Source: Bacteriovoracaceae bacterium
Lineage (GTDB): Bacteria > Bdellovibrionota > Bacteriovoracia > Bacteriovoracales > Bacteriovoracaceae
DNA length: 22,641 bases
Assembly: GCA_041586955.1 (NCBI GenBank)
Contig: JBFGZE010000053.1
Span: forward strand, 1-22,641
Reading direction: 5' to 3'
Shown here: positions 9,490-17,911 of the stretch, one piece after another
Layout of the letters: each line of letters starts with the position of its first letter
How positions within the stretch are numbered: position 1 is the first letter of the stretch
Translations under genes and position numbers: made by a program
The notes under the pieces: model-generated
Told to the model about the DNA's origin: nothing
Databases searched by the model: none
What the model saw: the letters and a program-made list of their open reading frames with translations, nothing else

Positions 9490-10419
9490 TTATTTTTGTC
9501 CTAAAAATAAGATTCCTTGATAAAAGTCATGTAATTTCATCCGCTGCTCTAACTGACTATTAAGCTCAGAGATGGACTCCGGCCAATATTCAGACAATGT
9601 CATCTCCTTCGGCGCACTAGCAAAGAGCCGTTCAATAATAATATCAGGGTTCAGGTGGCACAAAAATTCCGCGACAGCATCGATATATTCGTTTTTCGTT
9701 AATAATGGAAAAGGTTTTACCTTATATTCATTGCCCATCAGTGTGTTTTTCACAATATGAAGCTGATGAATTTTTAAATAATCGATAGGTAATTTTGATA
9801 ATTCTTTTGCGGTGTGAACCCATTGTTCCCGTGTCTCCCAAGGGAAGCCAATAATCAAATGAGCTCCTATTTTTATACCGCGATTTTTGGTCATCTCAAT
9901 AGCATTCAAAAAACATTGATAATCATGACAACGGTTAATACGCATTAAAGTTTCGTCAAACATCGATTCTAGGCCGTATTCAATCACCACTTCATTATCG
10001 ATGGCCAATTTTTCAAAATAGGCAATTTTCTCTTCGTCGATACAATCAGGTCTCGTCCCCACCGAAATTCCAATCACATTTTCAACGTCTAACGCCTGTT
10101 CATAAATATCTTTAAGCTGCTCTAGAGGGGCATAAGTATTAGAATAGGACTGAAAATAGGCAAGGTAACCTTTAATGTTTTTATATTTTTTTTGAGCGAA
10201 TTCAATGCCTCTCAAAACTTGTTCTGAAATTTTTAAATCGCGAACTTTTGTCGCCGTCCCAAAGCTTTCATTGTTGCAAAAGGTACAACCGCCCGTTGAC
10301 TTTAAACCATCTCTATTAGGACAGGTAAATTTGGCATCAACAGTAATTTTTTGAATCCTACCGCCAAAACGACTTTTTAAATAGTTTGCGTAAGAGGTAC
10401 GATAAATGGCCTTTGTCAT
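9490..10419 (-). CDS. yhcC: TIGR01212 family radical SAM protein (YhcC/YtqA-like)
   Basis: Diagnostic FTCPNRDG....GGCTFC cluster motif (Cx11Cx2C), plus YFQSYSNTY, GTRPDC, EYGLES and KIHQLHIVKNT. Confidence 0.88.
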   Translation of the reverse strand: MTKAIYRTSYANYLKSRFGGRIQKITVDAKFTCPNRDGLKSTGGCTFCNNESFGTATKVRDLKISEQVLRGIEFAQKKYKNIKGYLAYFQSYSNTYAPLEQLKDIYEQALDVENVIGISVGTRPDCIDEEKIAYFEKLAIDNEVVIEYGLESMFDETLMRINRCHDYQCFLNAIEMTKNRGIKIGAHLIIGFPWETREQWVHTAKELSKLPIDYLKIHQLHIVKNTLMGNEYKVKPFPLLTKNEYIDAVAEFLCHLNPDIIIERLFASAPKEMTLSEYWPESISELNSQLEQRMKLHDFYQGILFLGQK

Positions 10420-10585
10420 TTCTATTCTCTACCGACTTACACGGTGATAAACAATGCTCTAGATCAGTGCGTGAGCATTTCCTCGCCCGACAAAAGCGAT
10501 GCTTTCGGTTTTTGGTTACAATACTTTTACATTTATCACTCAAGTTGATCTATTAATCCACTGCGAGGTATGTCATATTGAGCAC

Positions 10586-11233
10586 ATGAATACGAACTTA
10601 TTCCAATACAGCAAAAAAGAAGAACTCGTGAATACATTCACTCACTTGTTTGGTGTATTTTTAGGAATATACTTTTTAGTTTCATTATTGAGCAAGGCCA
10701 TCCCATTACAAGATATTTCCAGAATTATATCTAATAGCATATTCGGAATAGCTCTTATTTTACTATTTTTATCCTCATCCATTTACCATTATACAACAAA
10801 CGCCAAGTTGAAAATTTTATTTAAGCGCTTAGACCATAGTTGTATTTATCTAGTTATTGCCGCGACCTATACCCCTTTTATTATGCACCATTTTGATCAA
10901 CGGTGGACAAGCACCTTATTGAGTATTGTTTGGGTCATCGCAGGAATAGGAATTATTTATAAAATATTGGCCAAAAAAAAACGGTCCATCTTTTCGCTTA
11001 CAACCTATTTAGGATTTGGAGTTATCTTTTTTGCAATAAAAGCATTCGTCAAAATGAATATGAGTGATGATGTCTTTAATTGGCTTTTGATTGGCGGCCT
11101 CTTTTATATTGTAGGTTCCATTTTTTATAGGCTCAAAAAACTGCCTCACCATCATGGCATTTGGCATCTATTTGTTTTGGGAGGTGTCACCTCTCATTAT
11201 ATTTCTCTTTTTTATAGTGTCTCAATTCATTAA
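10586..11233 (+). CDS. Hemolysin III / PAQR family membrane protein (TrhA/YqfA-like)
   Basis: EELVNTFTH, SSSIYH, KRLDHSCIYLVIAATYTP, GGLFYIVG and HGIWHLFVLGG...H; about 7 TM segments. ATG 10586 fits family length better than 10499. Confidence 0.92.
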   Translation: MNTNLFQYSKKEELVNTFTHLFGVFLGIYFLVSLLSKAIPLQDISRIISNSIFGIALILLFLSSSIYHYTTNAKLKILFKRLDHSCIYLVIAATYTPFIMHHFDQRWTSTLLSIVWVIAGIGIIYKILAKKKRSIFSLTTYLGFGVIFFAIKAFVKMNMSDDVFNWLLIGGLFYIVGSIFYRLKKLPHHHGIWHLFVLGGVTSHYISLFYSVSIH

Positions 11234-11469
11234 TTTTCAAAATGTATTGTGATACCGCTCAAATTTTTATCGAACTCAAATTCAACGTTAATACCAAACT
11301 AAGTTTTGGCATTTAATAAAGTACTAAAACTTAATTAATAAAAAAGTTATAGAACTAAAAAACAGATAATATATACGAATTAAATCAGACTTAAAAGATG
11401 AGATAAATCTAATTGACGATAGTTTGATTATCGAGTCATATGGAATAATAACCTATTAAGGACCTTAAT

Positions 11470-11946
11470 ATGTCGACAAGTAAAACTATTAGTCAAAGTA
11501 TCGTTGAAACCAGACATATCATTATGCCGAATCATACCAATCCACAAGACAATGTTTTCGGTGGTATTATCATGTCATGGATTGATTTGGCCGCGGCCAT
11601 GGTGGCAGAAAGGCATACAGAAATGGATGTTCTCACTCTTCACGTCGATGAAATATTATTTCGGGAACCCATGAAAATAGGTCATCATGCTGTGATAAAG
11701 GCCTCAATTCATTATGTTGGACGAACATCCCTGCTGGTCGGTGTTGACGTTTATTCCGAAGACCCCAAAAGGGGAACTAAAACCCATGCGACCACGGCCT
11801 TCCTAACGTTTGTGGCCATTAATGCGGAAGGCGTCCCCTCTCCCATTCCTCGAATAACTTTGCAAAATGAAGACGAAAAATTGAAATTTAATTTAGGAGA
11901 GAAACGGGTAAAACGAAGAAAACATGATAATACTCAGGAAAGTTAA
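11470..11946 (+). CDS. Acyl-CoA thioesterase, hotdog fold (YciA-like)
   Basis: IMPNHTNPQDNVFGGIIMSWIDLAA, F..PM.IG, VGRTSL.VGV and LTFVAI; TAAGGA SD. Confidence 0.92.
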   Translation: MSTSKTISQSIVETRHIIMPNHTNPQDNVFGGIIMSWIDLAAAMVAERHTEMDVLTLHVDEILFREPMKIGHHAVIKASIHYVGRTSLLVGVDVYSEDPKRGTKTHATTAFLTFVAINAEGVPSPIPRITLQNEDEKLKFNLGEKRVKRRKHDNTQES

Positions 11947-12313
11947 TTTGCTTCCATAAAAGTCCTCGGTACCACCTTCCGTGATATCACTTCACTTGAA
12001 AGGCATCATTTTTTAAAAGCTCTTATTTTTATCCTTAGAGTCATTTAATGGGGTATAGGCCTTAGCAGCTCCATGCCGATAAACTAATTCTCCGCCAGAA
12101 TGGCCAACAAGATAACCTAAATATAATAAATTAAATTGAACAATAAGGATGCAAGCAAATCCAATATTTAATATTTTACCTTGAGGCACAAAAACTAAAA
12201 TAATATACGTATAACATTAAATCGGTTTACTGATCTAATAACTCATTGCCCCAAATTCTGTATATGAATTAATATCCTCATCATAAAATCTGTCTCCATC
12301 GAAGGAGGTACTT

Positions 12314-12757
12314 ATGAAGTTTTTAATTTTTTTAATGGGATTCCAATTAGTGATCGGTACAAGTTATGCTCTTGGTGACTTAACACTGCAAGAGCCAATT
12401 AATATATCCATCGCACTCGGAACAGAATCGAATCAATTAGTCTTTGTCCCCAAAGTTTTAAAAGTGGAAACAGGAAAGCTTTATCGCCTTAAAATTTTCA
12501 ATCCTAGCTCTATGAAACATTATTTTTCGTCAGATCAATTTGCCCAAGGAGTATTAACTCGGAAGGTTCAGGTTTTAGATGAGCAAGGAAAACCTCTTTC
12601 TGAAATTAAAGGTCATATACGCGAAATAGAAGTTCACCCCAACGCGGCCACTGAATGGTGGTTTGTCCCCGTTAAAGCGGGAGTTTGGAATGACCTTCTA
12701 TGTACTATTCCTGGCCACGCTGCGGCCGGTATGGTGGGAACAATTATTGTTGAATAA
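12314..12757 (+). CDS. Exported cupredoxin (type-1 blue copper) protein
   Basis: Signal peptide ending SYA; type-1 Cu ligands His (KHYF) and C-TIPG-H-AAAG-M; FVP..L.VETGKLY strand; strong GGAGG SD. Confidence 0.85.
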   Translation: MKFLIFLMGFQLVIGTSYALGDLTLQEPINISIALGTESNQLVFVPKVLKVETGKLYRLKIFNPSSMKHYFSSDQFAQGVLTRKVQVLDEQGKPLSEIKGHIREIEVHPNAATEWWFVPVKAGVWNDLLCTIPGHAAAGMVGTIIVE

Positions 12758-12765
12758 CAAATCTC

Positions 12766-12795
12766 GGGTGCCAGATCAGAAAATATCTGGTGCCC
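12766..12795 (+). terminator. Hairpin between the convergent cupredoxin and peroxiredoxin genes
   Basis: GGGTGCCAGAT-N8-ATCTGGTGCCC, 11-bp stem whose two G:U pairs work only on the plus-strand transcript; no clear U-tract. Confidence 0.55.
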
Positions 12796-12801
12796 AAAGT
12801 G

Positions 12802-13518
12802 CTATAAAACCTTGTTCAAATCATCCGCACCACCAATTAATTTTCCATCGAGAAAAATGAGTGGATAGGTACCTACTCCGCCCATACTTCTGAGGGTTTG
12901 AGTACGAACTCCTTTAATCTCCTTAAAATTAATTTTATTGTCGTTAAGGAGATCTTTCGCTCTTTGACAATGGGGGCAACCTGGCTTAGTAAAAATAGTC
13001 CCACCCTCTGTTAGTTTTACCTCAGAATTAATATATTTAAGCATAGTATCGGCATCACTCACTTCAAAAGGGTCACCTGGTTTGTCCGGTTCAATAAACA
13101 TCTTTTCGATAACCCCATCATTAACAAGCATTGAGTATCTCCAAGACCTTTTACCAAATCCAATTGCCGATTTATCAACCAGCATCCCCATTCCTTTTGT
13201 AAAGTCACCATTCCCATCCGGAATAAGAGTTAAGTTTTCTGCCTCTTGGGAAACTCCCCAGGCGTCCATGACGAAACCATCATTAACGGAAAGACAAATT
13301 ACATCATCAATGCCATTTTCTTTAAAAATAGGTATAAGATCATTATAACGGGGTAAATGAGTTGAAGAACAAGTGGGTGTAAAGGCGCCCGGCAGAGAAA
13401 AGACGACGACCCTCTTTCCTGCGAATAGGTCTTTTGACGTAATATCTTTCCAATCACCATTGTGGCGAGTTTTAAAGGTAACTTCTGGAACTTTTTGTCC
13501 TTCTCTATTTTCTAACAT
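12802..13518 (-). CDS. Hybrid peroxiredoxin Prx5-glutaredoxin (glutathione-dependent peroxidase, PgdX-like)
   Basis: LPGAFTPTCS peroxidatic motif, SVNDGFVM, RSWRYSM and PFEVSDA, then a C-terminal Grx domain with CPHC and IGGADDL; AAGGAG SD. Confidence 0.93.
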   Translation of the reverse strand: MLENREGQKVPEVTFKTRHNGDWKDITSKDLFAGKRVVVFSLPGAFTPTCSSTHLPRYNDLIPIFKENGIDDVICLSVNDGFVMDAWGVSQEAENLTLIPDGNGDFTKGMGMLVDKSAIGFGKRSWRYSMLVNDGVIEKMFIEPDKPGDPFEVSDADTMLKYINSEVKLTEGGTIFTKPGCPHCQRAKDLLNDNKINFKEIKGVRTQTLRSMGGVGTYPLIFLDGKLIGGADDLNKVL

Positions 13519-13541
13519 GATAATCTCCTTGTTATGAAACC

Positions 13542-13606
13542 ATCATGACAGATTCTGCATCATTGGTAAAATCGATTAAATCAATAGGTTGGTAGATTCT
13601 CTCTAT
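13542..13606 (-). promoter_or_regulatory. Peroxiredoxin promoter with adjacent OxyR-like operator
   Basis: Minus strand ATAG-N7-CTAC-N6-ATTG-N7-CGAT (13606-13571) directly followed by TTTACC-N17-CATGAT with a TGn extension. Confidence 0.65.
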
Positions 13607-14868
13607 CAATCCAAACGAAGGGCATATTGGGCCAAACCGCCCACAACTGATTGGTAAATATTGTGCTCGACCAGTTTTTCCTCGCCAAAAATCGACTTAA
13701 GTTGATTTCTTACAAGGGAGAATTGCCCAGTTCCGCCAGTTAAGCATACTTGATCCACATCCGAGGGACGGAGTTGTGACTGTTTAAAGACTTCCATCAT
13801 ACTCGCCATCATTTTTTCGACCACAGGAAGCATTTTCATTTCGTATTCTTTTTGGAAAATCTTTTCTTGAATATTAATTCCATGGGAAGCAAATTCAAAT
13901 AAATGAAACTCTTGTGCAGTTTTGCAGATTTCAACCTTTGATTTCTCGATTTGGTGAAAAACTGGAAAACCCAATTGGCATTCCACCAAAGTAAAGAGTT
14001 GATCCAATTGTCTAGAACTCTCTTGATCAATTGAATGTTTTTGAATTTCCTGAAGATACTCCCAGGTATCTCTTTCACGTAAATGGGTGATATGCGCAGG
14101 TGAGCATATTTTTTCCAAGAGAGTTCGTGGGAATTTAAGAACATTATTACCAAAGAGCGCCTTATACTCAAATTCGGCACCGAAGTGACGGGAAATAAAT
14201 CGTCGCATCATCTCACCATCAAGAGCATCTCCAGCGGTAAAAACACCACTGAGGCCTAGAATATCCTTCTGCGAGTATTGACCTTCATGCAATTTCATTA
14301 AAGTAAAATCAGATGTTCCCCCTCCAAAATCGGCAATCAGAACGATTTTCTGATCTTGATTATTTTTATCAAAATCTAGGCCTGCGGCCAAAGGCTCTGG
14401 ACAAAAATAAATCTCTTTAAAACCGGCCAAATGACAAGCTTCCTTCATCCGGTCTTCGGCCAATTGGTCACTAGAAGAATCGAGTGAATAAAGTGCCGGA
14501 CGCCCTAAAACTAATTTTTCAATATCTTTGCCAATTTTGCGATTGGCCCGTTCTCGCATTTCGCGCAGAAAAGTACCGATTAATTCGGTAATTTTCATTT
14601 TTCGATTATGAACTTCTGTTCCTTTATAATTCGCCTCAGGTAAGAACTTTTTTAAAGAGCGAAAAAAGCGACCTTCACCATCATTTTCAATATATTGAGC
14701 TATCGCTTCTTCACCAAAAAACCATTGATCTTTTTCACAAGTAAAAAGTAGTGATTTCAAAATATTTTTATCACCTTGCTCCAAGGCAATGGAAGAGATC
14801 TCTCCATCTTTTGAAATATAATTTAATAACGAATTTGATGTTCCAAAATCAATCGCATAATATGCCAT
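13606..14868 (-). CDS. yegD: Hsp70 family protein, YegD-like (ATPase domain without substrate-binding domain)
   Basis: AIDFGTSNS, GRFFRSLKKFL, VLGRP, PEPLAAG, IADFGGGTSDF, LTGG and SVVGGLA; 420 aa with no peptide-binding domain. Confidence 0.85.
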   Translation of the reverse strand: MAYYAIDFGTSNSLLNYISKDGEISSIALEQGDKNILKSLLFTCEKDQWFFGEEAIAQYIENDGEGRFFRSLKKFLPEANYKGTEVHNRKMKITELIGTFLREMRERANRKIGKDIEKLVLGRPALYSLDSSSDQLAEDRMKEACHLAGFKEIYFCPEPLAAGLDFDKNNQDQKIVLIADFGGGTSDFTLMKLHEGQYSQKDILGLSGVFTAGDALDGEMMRRFISRHFGAEFEYKALFGNNVLKFPRTLLEKICSPAHITHLRERDTWEYLQEIQKHSIDQESSRQLDQLFTLVECQLGFPVFHQIEKSKVEICKTAQEFHLFEFASHGINIQEKIFQKEYEMKMLPVVEKMMASMMEVFKQSQLRPSDVDQVCLTGGTGQFSLVRNQLKSIFGEEKLVEHNIYQSVVGGLAQYALRLD

Positions 14869-14925
14869 GGCCAGGTTCCTAAGAAGAAAAAATTATATTA
14901 ATTAAGATATCATAACTAGAGTGAC

Positions 14926-16152
14926 TTACAAGAGTTGTGGTCCGAGACAAGCTTTAATCATGATATTACGGGGACTCAAATCCCGCCTAAATGCCTGCAC
15001 CACTTGAACCTGATAACCATTTTCCTGCAAAAAAATAGCGCGGTCTAAGATGATATAAAGTTCAATCGCTCTCCCTAAAAAAAGCCTTATAGTATCGGCC
15101 AAATAATTCTGATGTACTTTAAATTTGGTTCTTGGACTTTCGTAAAAATCCATCAATTCATCATCATTAATAAAATTTAATTCATCACCCAAATAAAACT
15201 TCTTAGCATAATCGCAAAAACGACCAGTATAATCACTTTTCCTAGCGTTTCCAAGTGGCGCGAATGGTGTTTGAAAGCGGTCGTGTAAAAAGTAATGGAG
15301 AGAATATCTAAATCTTTTAAATTGATAACGGCTTTTTATGATCCCCTCGTCCACAACGGCCGAGCTTCGACCAGCAAGATGAAGAGCATTATTAGTCAAC
15401 AATAGGCCATGCGCTTTCGATAGCATGGAAATATTATATTGATTAGTCAATTTATGGTAGCAACAAGAAAAGTTAATAATATTCTTAATTTTATTTTTAA
15501 TAGAGTATTTGATAAGCGAAGTTGATAAAGATCCACAACTATGAAGACCAAGGATAGTACTTTGAGCAGCATCAAAGTCGAAACGAAGATCGCTCTCATG
15601 GCCAAAGTTTTCCGTTATAAAATGAATTTGATTCGCCTCTTCGGCCAACCAATTGTTAATTTTCTTTGCTCCTAAAGTTTGTAATTCCTTATTAATATCA
15701 ACACAAAGGGAACGTTTATCACTCTGACTAATAAGCGCACAGCTTAAATGCCCTACTCCTCCTCCAATATCAATGATTGTGGAAGTCTCTTTTAATCCAT
15801 CGACAATTGTTTTAAGAGTTTGAATCTCATGTTTTTTCTTGGGATTTAATTTACGCAAAAGGCCAGGATTCAAAGGCGTCTCTGCTGTCGTTTCAACCTC
15901 AACGTCCGTTAACTCCCTGATCGTTTTTAAAAAAATCTTGAAATCTTTATCCTGAACTAAGGTTTCATGAGGGAAAGATTCAAGCTCTGCAATTTGAGCG
16001 AAGTTCCAAGAACCTAATTCTTTAAGCCAAGAGGCCATATAGGAAGGATATTCCTTTGGGTATTTTTTTAAAAATTCAAGGGCATGTAAATCTGAGTAAG
16101 ACTTAAGAAATTGAGACAGGGCAATAAATCGATCTTGGTAAGTCGTCATCAT
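14926..16152 (-). CDS. SAM-dependent methyltransferase, Methyltransf_32 (METTL25/RRNAD1-like) family
   Basis: KKKHEI, IIDIGGGVGHLS (motif I), GLHSCGSLS, SCCYHKL, LDRAIFLQENGY and LSPRN. Start overlaps the upstream stop (ATGA). Confidence 0.82.
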   Translation of the reverse strand: MMTTYQDRFIALSQFLKSYSDLHALEFLKKYPKEYPSYMASWLKELGSWNFAQIAELESFPHETLVQDKDFKIFLKTIRELTDVEVETTAETPLNPGLLRKLNPKKKHEIQTLKTIVDGLKETSTIIDIGGGVGHLSCALISQSDKRSLCVDINKELQTLGAKKINNWLAEEANQIHFITENFGHESDLRFDFDAAQSTILGLHSCGSLSTSLIKYSIKNKIKNIINFSCCYHKLTNQYNISMLSKAHGLLLTNNALHLAGRSSAVVDEGIIKSRYQFKRFRYSLHYFLHDRFQTPFAPLGNARKSDYTGRFCDYAKKFYLGDELNFINDDELMDFYESPRTKFKVHQNYLADTIRLFLGRAIELYIILDRAIFLQENGYQVQVVQAFRRDLSPRNIMIKACLGPQLL

Positions 16153-17036
16153 TTTTTAAAGCGATTAATATAGGTACAATGTTGGCAAAGTTTTTCGACT
16201 AACACGCCATTGAGAAACCCCTCTCTCATAGCAGTGGTTCTCTCGTTACTTAAAATCTTTTCCAAGCTTAACTCTTTGCAATTTCCCAAGGGGATTTCTG
16301 CATTCTTATCTAAACAACAAGGAACAACTACCCCATCAGAATGGATCCCTATATGGTTAAGAACTCCATTACACCGTCCTTGCTTTCCTTGAAACTTTAA
16401 ATCAATTGATGGCCAATCAAAACGAGAATCAAAATGCAGATAAAGACGGTTCCAAATACGCTTGGACTTAATTGCCCCGACTTCAATATTGCGGTTAATA
16501 ATAATATCAAAGTAATTTTCAATATAGGCAAAGATATCTGAATTATCAGCATCACGACTATTTTGATTCCATAGACGAAAATTAATATACATCAAAGGGC
16601 GCTTATCATGGGCATCCCGGACAAAGTCCAAAATAGGGAGAAAATATTGGTCTAAACTTCTTTCGGGAAAATTATCTTTAAAGGCCTGGAGAGAAAAATT
16701 GATCTGCCGGATACTTGTGGATGCCAATAAAGCCGCTTTATAGCGATTTAATAAAATACCATTCGTCGTCAACTGAACCTGGGCCTGGTACTTTTGACAA
16801 ATCGCTAAAATTTCTAAGAATTGAGGATGAGCTAAAGGCTCACCCATTAAATGTAGGCAAATTTCTTCCGCTAGAGGCACGGCCTGTTGAACGATTTTCT
16901 CAAATTCATCCAAGCTCATAATGCGTTTATCTTTTTCAACGACGGGGCAAAAAGAGCATTGGACATTACAGAGATTTGATATTTCGATATAAATTCTCTT
17001 CAGCACTTTCTGATCCCAATGATTATCGGCAATCAT
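16149..17036 (-). CDS. Radical SAM protein with C-terminal SPASM/twitch domain
   Basis: IYIEISNLCNVQCSFCP (CxxxCxxC), HLMGEPL and TTNG; C-terminal GRCNG...IHSDGVVVPCC...LGN...CQHC. Confidence 0.9.
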   Translation of the reverse strand: MIADNHWDQKVLKRIYIEISNLCNVQCSFCPVVEKDKRIMSLDEFEKIVQQAVPLAEEICLHLMGEPLAHPQFLEILAICQKYQAQVQLTTNGILLNRYKAALLASTSIRQINFSLQAFKDNFPERSLDQYFLPILDFVRDAHDKRPLMYINFRLWNQNSRDADNSDIFAYIENYFDIIINRNIEVGAIKSKRIWNRLYLHFDSRFDWPSIDLKFQGKQGRCNGVLNHIGIHSDGVVVPCCLDKNAEIPLGNCKELSLEKILSNERTTAMREGFLNGVLVEKLCQHCTYINRFKK

Positions 17037-17201
17037 ATATCATTCTGAGGCACAAAAAGCGAACTAAGGTCTGCGGCAACCGTAACCACATGCACAAAAC
17101 CTTTAATCGGCGTATTACCGGGCACTTGATACGATTCCAAGCTTCAATTTCTAGGTCAGAATTGAATAAGAAGTAATTCTTCTAGGGCAATGACCGAAAT
17201 C

Positions 17202-17540
17202 CTAAATAAATTTAGTGATAAAAGAGTGGATAAAATAACCCACTCCTAATAAAGCGATACCACTTGAATAGCAGGTCCAAAATCCTAAGTTCATTTTTTG
17301 CGCCAATAAAAATGGTATAAAGAAAAGTAAGGACACTGGAATGGCCACAAATACACTCTTAGCGTACTCAACAGACTGTTTAGAATCGCCCCATTCCATA
17401 TGAGAAAAGGCCAAGGCCAAAAGCGTCGTTAAAGGTAGGGCGGTTAAAAAGCCCGCAAGGCCTATTTTTTTCCCTGACAACCAGGAAACAAAACTGATCA
17501 ATATTGCTGCTAAAAGGACTTTTCCTATGGCGAGCCCCAT
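17202..17540 (-). CDS. Small membrane protein, DUF3147-like
   Basis: KVLLAAILISFVSWL...LAGFLTALPLTTLLAL pattern with about 4 hydrophobic helices; family recalled from memory. Confidence 0.7.
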   Translation of the reverse strand: MGLAIGKVLLAAILISFVSWLSGKKIGLAGFLTALPLTTLLALAFSHMEWGDSKQSVEYAKSVFVAIPVSLLFFIPFLLAQKMNLGFWTCYSSGIALLGVGYFIHSFITKFI

Positions 17541-17542
17541 AT

Positions 17543-17902
17543 TTACTTCCCTGAAAAATTCGCTGCTATAAATGAGCCACTCGGCCTTAGAAAGATATAG
17601 AGCTTTTTACCTTTAGTACTTTTAGCATTATTAAAAGTCACAAGCCACTCCTTTTTCTTTCCAGCAGTCTTAAGCACCGAATTGTCATAACTCGCGTGGG
17701 CCCAAGAAGCGTCAAGCTTCCCCTCTTTAAGAAGTCTTGCAATATGATGCTTCCCAATGCTCCTCGTTTTCTCTTTAGTCACATCTGGGGCCGCATGAAA
17801 GTGACCGTGCCCTTCTTCATGGGCATGTTTATGGCCATGACCAGGGCCCGCGAAATTGATAGCACTTAATGCCAAGGTCATAATAAACACTATTTTCTTC
17901 AT
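17543..17902 (-). CDS. Exported His-rich protein, DUF6488-like
   Basis: Signal peptide ending NFA, then GPGHGHKHAHEEGHGHFH; GKLDASW...EWLVTFNN...LYIFL...G.FIAANFSGK core; AAGGAG SD. Confidence 0.72.
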   Translation of the reverse strand: MKKIVFIMTLALSAINFAGPGHGHKHAHEEGHGHFHAAPDVTKEKTRSIGKHHIARLLKEGKLDASWAHASYDNSVLKTAGKKKEWLVTFNNAKSTKGKKLYIFLRPSGSFIAANFSGK

Positions 17903-17911
17903 CTGTTCTCC

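Noticed and set aside
10586..11233. Interpreting hemolysin III and CvfB as a virulence locus
   Set aside because: The names are historical; both families are widespread membrane-homeostasis and RNA-binding proteins.
11413..11433. TTGACG plus palindrome CGATAG-N5-TTATCG upstream of the thioesterase
   Set aside because: Short imperfect repeat with no convincing -10 at 17 bp; not distinguishable from chance.
17074..17081. CGGCAACC resembling part of a SAM-I riboswitch next to SAM enzymes
   Set aside because: On the wrong strand for the rSAM gene and the other SAM-I elements are absent.
17023..17091. 22-aa minus-strand ORF MWLRLPQTLVRFLCLRMIYDCR as a RiPP precursor for the rSAM/SPASM enzyme
   Set aside because: Weak SD, overlaps the rSAM start, no leader/core organisation, and the enzyme has no N-terminal RiPP recognition element (CxxxCxxC starts at residue 23).
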